Positions 18,701 through 24,608 of a stretch of DNA of 24,608 nucleotides are shown here, piece after piece (positions within the stretch are counted from its first letter, which is position 1; each line of letters starts with the position of its first letter). The position numbers and the translations under genes are program-made. This stretch comes from PVC group bacterium (GTDB lineage Bacteria > Auribacterota > Erginobacteria > Erginobacterales > Erginobacteraceae), in assembly GCA_043804695.1 (NCBI GenBank), contig JAZDIV010000117.1, positions 1 through 24,608 of the forward strand, read 5' to 3'. The notes beneath the pieces are model-generated. The model was not told the DNA's origin, made no database searches, and worked only from the letters and a program-made list of their open reading frames with translations.

Positions 18701-19573
18701 CAGGCGGAAGTCCTGGCGAAGAAGTGGAAACTTTCGGTTCTTACCCCGGACGAGTATCACGGCTTCGTCTCCAACCTCCCCCAGCCGATCCAGTGGTTCG
18801 TCTACCAGCAGGGCGGGGTCCTCGCGGACATGGATGAGCTGGCCGCCTACCGGATGGAACTCTACGATCTCTTTATCGAGGCCATCGGGTTCAAGAGCGA
18901 AAACCCCGACGACCGGCTGTACCGGGACGACGAGATGTTCCTGCAGTATCACCGGCTGCTCTTCTCGGCCAAGGTGCAGGACATCCCGGTCAGCCCGGCC
19001 AACCAGGGGATCGTCATCATCGAGCCGGAGGAGATCCGGACCGTCGAGACCGCGGAAGGCGAGAAGAAGTCCCTGGTCCTGGAGGCCGCCGTCCTCAACC
19101 CGCCCGTGGATCGGGTTCCCGGAAAGTACGTCAATGAGGTCAACTCGGTAGTCGTTTACCTCCGGTACGGCGATGTCTCCTTCATCTTCCCCAGCCTCCT
19201 TGACAATGAAGGGGCCAACACCCTGGCCCAAAACGTCAAGGACGGCGTCGCGGCCACTATCTACCAGGCCCCGCAGTTCGGGAAGGGCAGCAAATACTTC
19301 GATCCGACCATCCTTCTCCAGCTGGTCAAGCCGGAGGTGGCCGTCTTCCAGTATCCGGGGGGGAGTTTCGGCCGGCCGAGCACGAAGTTTCTGGAGGCAT
19401 GGGCCTTCTGCCAGGCGCAGGGGATCAAGTCCTACAACACGAAAGAGATGGGAGCGATCACCGTCATCACCAACGGGGAGACCTATGACGTCATCACCGC
19501 CCTCGAACAGGCCGGGGAAGAGAGCGGCGGCGAGACCCCGGAAAAATCGATGGAGGTGGGCGGCGGGATGTAA
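15731..19573 (+). CDS. comEC: ComEC/Rec2 DNA uptake channel, enlarged, with degenerate MBL domain
   Basis: OB/DUF4131 motif YGD...NPGGFDYRSYL; competence domain G.AHVFAVSGLHV, PSTLRA, SFLMSF, ANFIAIP; MBL-like C-terminus LIDGG...NSVVVYLRYGDVSF...GAITV. Confidence 0.9.
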   Translation: MQTYIVSFAAVLILGIFMRLIHPESSELSTPPLVAAGFLLAGAVISFIYRSRVMAFLLLCAAICIFMLALPITTGLNMYLMGIFAALFLISIVFGFIKIRALPFWILSALVLGYGLTCLHLDRTSPSHVIYWGGDDNNTQSLVYGIIVKEPEVRPEKGDTRLTIESSIVAKIDKNPKGLSIIEQAIGEMNGLQREWETEEEALLTLLQVRDRLADDPEANPEEIIREEFSCGDYIPSKEDIETIQMSAEELGPPGPEKGWITRIDTGWILVIVYDRDLNRDKIYPAVSDWRAYGDTVRIIAPLQSPPPAENPGGFDYRSYLESVNTFATMQIKGKENWTTKQLDTIEIIKPSTGNFFINWCMGIKYELLAVIRQTTPFPESGFLSGIFVGLRQGVPDKIVKDSQAAGTAHVFAVSGLHVTIIAGLLLLIFNQTPIPKSVWAPIAVLFLLIFTVITGARPSTLRAATMNSFVLIFFTYFGKNIQKSLIMSICFAAIVIICFLPAGYGGPLILPSASFLMSFSAVLFLGLLSGPVEDFFNFKLNNLHSLVTFAAVAILAGLLFMNLGNPWGILKAKLFWGFLIAIPVSFLIQQVIPFRPRFSKIPGRWLRTFIAAQVAIQCSIVPLSMVIFHRMSLAAPFANFIAIPLIGIILPLGMLATLIGFIPLIGMPLALLITAANWLGMHFFIWMDNFFARTFPYPQVPKPGPIPLVIFYLVVFFFIYREKIILSLKIAFIRVKNSLPDSACRIRVYGALAALLIAIAATATGFISSRTPELKVIFLSMGWKDGMCALIEAPNGDTILIDGGAEGRDFYKKRYSYWNQGQRTLEEVLLSEKVVAFDAVVNSSPDARLLGGLNYIVGSDDYYIKRLYVSLPPSVFGPKDINLNRFAIALASGYQGDAGHYYRLLLLNQFKPEDALHFMTFFRKIPDDEITAALQTLPREPNPKYDPMTITGEAIQILKEKEAEGHEQLIESIISTEGWLHPDEDFTREQAEVLAKKWKLSVLTPDEYHGFVSNLPQPIQWFVYQQGGVLADMDELAAYRMELYDLFIEAIGFKSENPDDRLYRDDEMFLQYHRLLFSAKVQDIPVSPANQGIVIIEPEEIRTVETAEGEKKSLVLEAAVLNPPVDRVPGKYVNEVNSVVVYLRYGDVSFIFPSLLDNEGANTLAQNVKDGVAATIYQAPQFGKGSKYFDPTILLQLVKPEVAVFQYPGGSFGRPSTKFLEAWAFCQAQGIKSYNTKEMGAITVITNGETYDVITALEQAGEESGGETPEKSMEVGGGM

Positions 19574-19647
19574 TTTTATTTTATTTTCCTAAAGGAAAAT
19601 AAAATAAAAACAGCAAAATGCCGTCTAAATTGAGAAAAAGAGCTTGC

Positions 19648-19932
19648 ATGATGATGCGGGGTTTAATTCTACCGGTATTGATCATCGCGGCGGCCGGTGG
19701 CCTGGCCGGGGAAATCACGGCCCAGGAAAGGGTCAACGTCAACACCGCCGGCAACCGGGAGCTGCAGAGCCTGCCGGGCATCGGCCCGAAGATCGCCGAT
19801 AAATTCATCGCCGAGCGGCAGGTCAACGGCCCCTACCGCTCGCTGGAGGACCTGCAGCGGCGGGTCATGGGGGTTAACGGGGGCATGATCGAGTCCCTGA
19901 AGAAGCAGGGGCTCTACGCCGGAAACCCGTAA
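19648..19932 (+). CDS. comEA: ComEA-like helix-hairpin-helix DNA-binding protein 1
   Basis: Signal peptide; VNVNTA...LQSLPGIGPKIA..I..R..NGPY.SLEDL; second HhH is V.GVNG; start is one of three ATGs at 19648-19654. Confidence 0.85.
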   Translation: MMMRGLILPVLIIAAAGGLAGEITAQERVNVNTAGNRELQSLPGIGPKIADKFIAERQVNGPYRSLEDLQRRVMGVNGGMIESLKKQGLYAGNP

Positions 19933-20025
19933 AGCAGGCCGGCGATACATATTTATTCAATAACGGGCGTCACAACGACGCCCTGAGTAAGCCCTGACGG
20001 GCAAAACAACAGGAGGAAAAGCAGC

Positions 20026-20343
20026 ATGAGAACAATCATTGCATGTAGTATGATTGCTCTTCTGGCACTGGCGATTTCCGCTCCTCTGCTGGCCGAGGTC
20101 GATGTCAACACCGCGACCGCGTCGCAATTAACGGCCATCAAGGGGATCGGACCCAAGACCGCCGAGAAGATCATCCAGTATCGGGATGAGAACGGACCCT
20201 TCAGCTCCATCAATGACGTGGTCCGCGTCAAGGGAGTCGGGCCGAAGACCCTGGAAAAGATGATCGACTCCGGGTTGGTCTGCAACCCGCCGGCGGGGGC
20301 GGCGGTACCGGCGGCACCGGCTGCACCGGCTACGGAGGAATAA
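20026..20343 (+). CDS. comEA: ComEA-like helix-hairpin-helix DNA-binding protein 2
   Basis: AGGAGG RBS; signal peptide; VDVNTA...IKGIGPKTAEKIIQYR..NGPF.S..D..RVKGVGPKTLEK; Ala/Pro tail. Confidence 0.9.
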   Translation: MRTIIACSMIALLALAISAPLLAEVDVNTATASQLTAIKGIGPKTAEKIIQYRDENGPFSSINDVVRVKGVGPKTLEKMIDSGLVCNPPAGAAVPAAPAAPATEE

Positions 20344-20355
20344 ACAGCGATCGGT

Positions 20356-20397
20356 AATTTCGGGAGCGCGCCGGCGTGCCGGCGCGCTCCTGAAATT
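20356..20397. terminator. Long GC-rich hairpin after comEA-2 (terminator or mRNA stabiliser)
   Basis: AATTTCGGGAGCGCGCCGGC-GT-GCCGGCGCGCTCCTGAAATT. Confidence 0.55.
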
Positions 20398-20426
20398 GCC
20401 GGCATCCTTAAAGGCGGCACCACACC

Positions 20427-21344
20427 GTGAAAACCAAAAGAGCGGACCGTCTGGCCCGTCTGCTGTCGCTTATTTTCGCCGTGCTGGTTGTTTCCCCCGC
20501 GCCCGCTCTGGCCCTGTCAGGAGACAACATCCTCAAGGTGACTTTCCTGAACATCCGTCAGGGTGACTCCCAGGTTATCCAGACCCCGGACGGGAAAGTC
20601 ATCGTCATCGACGGGGGGCAGTCGGCCACCCGTTATTCGCCCTTCGACGCCGGGGCGGAGGTCGTCATCCCCTACCTGGAGAGCCAGGGGGTGAAAAAGA
20701 TCGACGTCGTGGTCGCCACCCACCCCGATTACGATCACACGGGGGGCCTGGTGGCGGTGTTGAACAGCACGTTCCCGATCGGGATGGTGCTCGACTGCGG
20801 CATCGTCCACACGACCGGTACTTATACAAGCTACCTCGAGGCGATCGAGAAGAAGAAGATACCCTTCCGGATCGCCGATGCCGGAGAAATCCTGGACTGG
20901 GGGAAATTCGTCCGGGCCCAGGTGCTCGCCCCCGAGGGGCCGCCCGAAAAACGGGGGCATCTCAACCTGAACAACAACTCGATCGTCATCCGGATGGAAT
21001 ACGGGGACGTCTCCTTCCTCTTCACCGGCGACTGCGAGCACGAGGAAGAAGATATTATTCTCTCCTCTGGAGCCCGGCTTAAAAGCACGATTCTGAAAGC
21101 CGGACATCACGGCTCGAAGACAGCCAGCGGCCAGCTTTTCTACTACCTGTGCGACCCGGAGGTTGTCACCATCTCCGCCGGGAAGAGAAATAAGTTCGAC
21201 CATCCTCACTGGGAATCGATAAAACTGTACCGGGAGACCGGGGCCGAAATTTACCGGACCGATTATCAGGGAAATATCACGGTGCTCACCGATGGAAAGA
21301 CCTATGAGGTGACCACCGGACATGAAGAAGTGGCGGAAGACTAA
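20427..21344 (+). CDS. Exported ComEC/Rec2-type MBL-fold metallo-hydrolase (putative nuclease)
   Basis: Signal peptide ending ALA-L; VTFLNIRQGDS, IDGG, THPDYDHTGG, NNNS, FTGD, GHHGS, HPH, YRTD. Confidence 0.88.
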   Translation: MKTKRADRLARLLSLIFAVLVVSPAPALALSGDNILKVTFLNIRQGDSQVIQTPDGKVIVIDGGQSATRYSPFDAGAEVVIPYLESQGVKKIDVVVATHPDYDHTGGLVAVLNSTFPIGMVLDCGIVHTTGTYTSYLEAIEKKKIPFRIADAGEILDWGKFVRAQVLAPEGPPEKRGHLNLNNNSIVIRMEYGDVSFLFTGDCEHEEEDIILSSGARLKSTILKAGHHGSKTASGQLFYYLCDPEVVTISAGKRNKFDHPHWESIKLYRETGAEIYRTDYQGNITVLTDGKTYEVTTGHEEVAED

Positions 21345-21413
21345 CCTTATTTTTTCTCCGAAAAAATAATCGGAGTAGTAATACCGGCTGCCCCCGGCCG
21401 CAGTGGTTCTTTT

Positions 21414-21452
21414 GACTTTTAGCACTTCAAACTTTAGACACTTCAGAACATT
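21414..21452. repeat. Degenerate ACTTTAGGC-type tandem repeat
   Basis: GCACTTCAAACTTTAGACACTTC (21422-21444) is 21/23 identical to the reverse complement of 23016-23038. Confidence 0.6.
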
Positions 21453-21714
21453 GCCCGAACGAAGTGAGCTAACTTGCTGTTTCGGAATGTCAATAATCGG
21501 AAAGATCAGATTATGGAAATCCCAAAACAGGCGAAAAAGCAACCAGGAAAAAATATTTTGTTTGTTACGCCAAGGGCTTACCGTTGTTTATTGAACAGTT
21601 GCATTCAAACTAATTCTTGGGCAATTATCAGTCTGTTACAAGTTTAAAGGTGTAATTCACTCCAATTCTTTTAAATTAGCGCCGGAGGCGCTAATTTATA
21701 ACGGGGGAGAAAAC

Positions 21715-23010
21715 ATGGATCCTCATATCCTGTTTATTGTCGGAGGCGCGGCCTTCATCCTCTTTTTACTGATCGCCCTCGACCTGACCCGCCTGCTCCG
21801 GAAAAAGGCCGGGGACTGGCAGGAGCTGGCGACGGCGGAGGAAAACGAGGCTGCGCCGCTGATGGAGCCGGGAAATGCCGGGGAGAAAACACCCGGGGAA
21901 ACCGGGGCCGCCCCTCCCGCCGGGGAGCGGGCGCCGGCGACCGGGGAGCTGACCAAGCTGAATATCCCCCGGGGAGCTGAGATCTTCGATCATATCATCA
22001 CCCATAACGACTGGGACGGGATCATCTCGGGGGCGCTCCTCAAGCATTTCTCTCCGTTGGCCAAGGTCGAGGTGACAACCGCCCGGGGCATCCGCTGGGC
22101 GCTCCGATCCCTGGCCAAGAACCCCGACAAGCCGCAGCGTCTCTTCATCACGGACGTGGGGATCACCAGCGAGAACCTGGCCGACATCGAGGATGCCCTG
22201 ATCGATCTCCAGAAGGCCGGTGTTAAAATCTACTGGTACGATCACCACCCCTGGTCCAACCTGAGCATCGACACCGCGGAACGGGATTGCGCCGACCTGG
22301 TCGTCAGCCCGCAATTCCATAACGCGGCCGACATCGTCTTCAAAAGGATCACCGGCGAGGACGATCCCTGGGCCGCTCAATTAATGCGGCTGATCAACAA
22401 TAAGCTCAAGCCGGAAGAAGAAGCATGGGGCAAGAACTGGCGGCTGCTCATTTTGGCCACCCAGAGCGCGCCGTCTCCGGGGGACATCATCGACCTCATC
22501 GTCAAGATCGCCGGCGACCGGCCGCTGTCGGTCGCCGACAAGTTCAAGATCAAGCGAATGGCGGACGAGGAGGTCATTTACCAAAAGTTCGCCGAGGGGA
22601 AGCACCGGGAGGAGATCACCCAGTCGGGGATGAAGTTCCTGGTAGTGGATCTCCGGGTCTTCCGGGAAGAGTATGACGCGGCCGGAAACCTGAAGCGAAA
22701 ATTCGCCCGGCACAACCCCCCCGCTTCCATCGGGTATGACATCGTCAAATATCACAACCCCGATTTCTACATCATGGTCCTGAAGAACGACCGGCTCAGC
22801 ATCCGGGGGGGGCAGGAGAGGAAGTTCAAGGTCGGAGAACTGGCGGGCCTGAAATCAATCAAGGGGAAACCGTGCCGGATCGCCGGCCACAGCTACGCGG
22901 CCGGGGTGTATCTCACCGTCAGCCTGATCAGCAAGCTGAAGTACATTTACAACTGGGCCCTTCCCCGGGAGGTTGAGGACTTCATCGACGAGGTCAAGAC
23001 CCGACTGTAG
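21715..23010 (+). CDS. Membrane-anchored DHH/DHHA1-family phosphoesterase
   Basis: N-terminal TM helix and acidic Pro/Ala/Gly linker; motifs THNDWDG, FITDVG, WYDHH and C-terminal AGHSYAAG; GGGGAG RBS. Confidence 0.8.
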   Translation: MDPHILFIVGGAAFILFLLIALDLTRLLRKKAGDWQELATAEENEAAPLMEPGNAGEKTPGETGAAPPAGERAPATGELTKLNIPRGAEIFDHIITHNDWDGIISGALLKHFSPLAKVEVTTARGIRWALRSLAKNPDKPQRLFITDVGITSENLADIEDALIDLQKAGVKIYWYDHHPWSNLSIDTAERDCADLVVSPQFHNAADIVFKRITGEDDPWAAQLMRLINNKLKPEEEAWGKNWRLLILATQSAPSPGDIIDLIVKIAGDRPLSVADKFKIKRMADEEVIYQKFAEGKHREEITQSGMKFLVVDLRVFREEYDAAGNLKRKFARHNPPASIGYDIVKYHNPDFYIMVLKNDRLSIRGGQERKFKVGELAGLKSIKGKPCRIAGHSYAAGVYLTVSLISKLKYIYNWALPREVEDFIDEVKTRL

Positions 23011-23011
23011 G

Positions 23012-23148
23012 GAAAGAAGTGCCTAAAGTTTAAAGTGCCTAAAGTGCCTAAAGTTAATTTCGCCTCGCACCTGTTATAGCGAGAGTCGCCGGGTGAGGTG
23101 GCAACTTTAGGCACTTTAGGCACTTTAGTACACTTTAGGCACTTTCTT
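23012..23148. repeat. Inverted pair of 9-mer tandem arrays (AAAGTGCCT)n ... (AGGCACTTT)n
   Basis: 25-bp perfect inverted match 23031-23055 / 23103-23127 around a 47-nt spacer. Confidence 0.85.
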
Positions 23149-23163
23149 TTAGGAGCCATATTT

Positions 23164-24342
23164 ATGAAACGAGCAATTATCATCGTACTGGACAGCGTGG
23201 GCATCGGCGAGATGCCGGACGCCGGTGACTTCGGAGACGCCGGGGCGAATACCCTGGGACATATCGCAAAGAGCGTCGACGGCTTCGCGCTGCCGAACAT
23301 GGAGAAGATGGGGATCGGCAACATCGCCCCCCTGCGGGGGATCCCCCCCTCCCCTGCCCCGTCCGGCGCTTTCGGCAAACTGGGCGAACTGTCACAGGGA
23401 AAAGACACCACCGTCGGCCACTGGGAAATTGCCGGGCTGGTCTCGGCCCGGCCCTTCCCGGTCTACCCGGACGGCTTTCCCCCGGACCTGGTCGAGGCGT
23501 TCGAGAAGATGATCGGCCGGAAGACGCTCGGGAACTACGCCGCCTCCGGGACCGAGATCATCAGGGATCTGGGCGAAGAGCACGTAAGAACCGGCCAGCC
23601 GATCATCTACACGTCCGCCGACAGCGTCTTTCAGATCGCCGCCCACGAGGAGGTCATCCCCCTCGATCAGCTCTACCGGATCTGCCGGCAGACCCGTGAA
23701 CTCCTCCAGGGGGAACACGGGGTCGGCCGGGTCATCGCCCGGCCGTTCGTGGGGAAACCAGGAAGCTTCGAACGGACGGCCCACCGCCATGACTTCTCCC
23801 TGGTTCCTCCCGACGACACCCTTCTGGACCTGATCGTCAAAAACGGCGGGAAGACATACGGAGTGGGTAAAATCTACGACATCTTTGCCGGGAAGGGGGT
23901 GAGCGAGACGGTGAGCATCGAGGACAACCGGGACGGAATGGAGAAAACCCTCTCGGCCATGAAGAAGAAGGGATTCAGTCTGATTTTCACCAACCTGGTC
24001 GATTTTGACATGAAGTACGGACACCGCCGCGATGCCGGGGCCTACGCGCTGGCTCTGGAGGATTTTGACCGCCGGATCCCGGAGATCATCAAGGCCTTGC
24101 GCCCGGAGGACATCCTCTTTATCACCGCCGATCACGGCTGCGACCCCACGTTTGCCGCCCATACCGACCACACCCGGGAGTACATCCCCCTGCTGGTGAA
24201 CGGGCCGGCGGTCCGGCCGGGGGTGAACCTGGGCACCCGGAGCAGTTTCGCCGACATCGCCCGGACGATCGCCGAGTATCTGGGACTGCCGGTGATGAAA
24301 TCCGGGAAGAGCTTCCTTCAAGATATTACGGCGGGGAGCTGA
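23164..24342 (+). CDS. deoB: Phosphopentomutase
   Basis: [86 protein letters not shown] before ATG 23164. Confidence 0.96.
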   Translation: MKRAIIIVLDSVGIGEMPDAGDFGDAGANTLGHIAKSVDGFALPNMEKMGIGNIAPLRGIPPSPAPSGAFGKLGELSQGKDTTVGHWEIAGLVSARPFPVYPDGFPPDLVEAFEKMIGRKTLGNYAASGTEIIRDLGEEHVRTGQPIIYTSADSVFQIAAHEEVIPLDQLYRICRQTRELLQGEHGVGRVIARPFVGKPGSFERTAHRHDFSLVPPDDTLLDLIVKNGGKTYGVGKIYDIFAGKGVSETVSIEDNRDGMEKTLSAMKKKGFSLIFTNLVDFDMKYGHRRDAGAYALALEDFDRRIPEIIKALRPEDILFITADHGCDPTFAAHTDHTREYIPLLVNGPAVRPGVNLGTRSSFADIARTIAEYLGLPVMKSGKSFLQDITAGS

Positions 24343-24398
24343 TTTACTGCTTCGAAATTTTACGCCAGAGGTTCCGCCTCTGGCGGACAATAAATGTC

Positions 24399-24608
24399 GT
24401 AGCGGCGACCTTCAGGTCGCCACTAAATGGCAGCCTGAAGAGGCTGTCCGGTAAACCCTGAAAGGTCATTGCGAGCCCCGAAGGGGCGAAGCAATCTATT
24501 TTTTCATTCATAACCACCTCTTATCCAAAATGATGAGATTGCTTCGTCGCTGCGCTCCTCGCAATGACCTCTAAAATGCCTAAAATCTGAATTATCGGAC
24601 AGCCTCTT
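24399..24608. mobile_element. Nested miniature elements: REP-like GTAG palindrome, TIR-bounded element, and GTCATTGCGAG element
   Basis: GTAGCGGCGACCTTCAGGTCGCC from 24399; TIR 24438-24454 / 24592-24608 (16/17); inner 13-bp TIR 24463-24475 / 24558-24570. Confidence 0.7.

Noticed and set aside
18340..18935. Intein as an explanation for the ComEC insert
   Set aside because: No evident C/S start paired with an HN-C/S/T end, and no LAGLIDADG motif; the LIDGG present is the ordinary MBL strand
14366..19231. Long minus-strand ORFs (476, 293, 587 aa)
   Set aside because: Antisense shadows of pdp and comEC with no family motifs
15731..19573. comEC as a decaying pseudogene
   Set aside because: Uninterrupted 1280-codon frame, intact competence-domain motifs, and substitutions concentrated on metal ligands rather than random damage
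23098..23163. deoB N-terminal extension [10 protein letters not shown]
   Set aside because: It is the translation of the 9-mer repeat; the true start is ATG 23164 with an AGGAG RBS

Overview
Bacterial chromosomal window with GC-rich genes and AT-richer intergenic stretches full of palindromes and miniature repeats. No rRNA, tRNA, CRISPR array or intact transposase was seen. The left half encodes a lipoprotein of the agmatine/peptidylarginine deiminase family, an AbiEi-like antitoxin remnant, a secreted propeller-repeat plus FG-GAP-like repeat protein, two divergent B12-binding radical SAM enzymes, MntP, and envelope genes (YejM/PbgA-like sulfatase-fold protein, GT2, GT-C). The right half (14.2-24.3 kb) is one co-oriented cluster: pdp, an unannotated 47-aa membrane peptide, a 1280-aa ComEC, two ComEA-like HhH proteins, a stand-alone exported ComEC-type metallo-beta-lactamase (MBL), a membrane-anchored DHH phosphoesterase, and deoB. 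The ComEC MBL domain has lost nearly all canonical metal ligands and carries a ~200-aa insert, while the neighbouring stand-alone MBL keeps them. The best candidate for a new system is therefore a DNA-uptake machine with a pseudo-nuclease channel and a nuclease supplied in trans, embedded in deoxynucleoside catabolism genes (DNA as food). All family calls come from motif recognition by eye, not from database searches.
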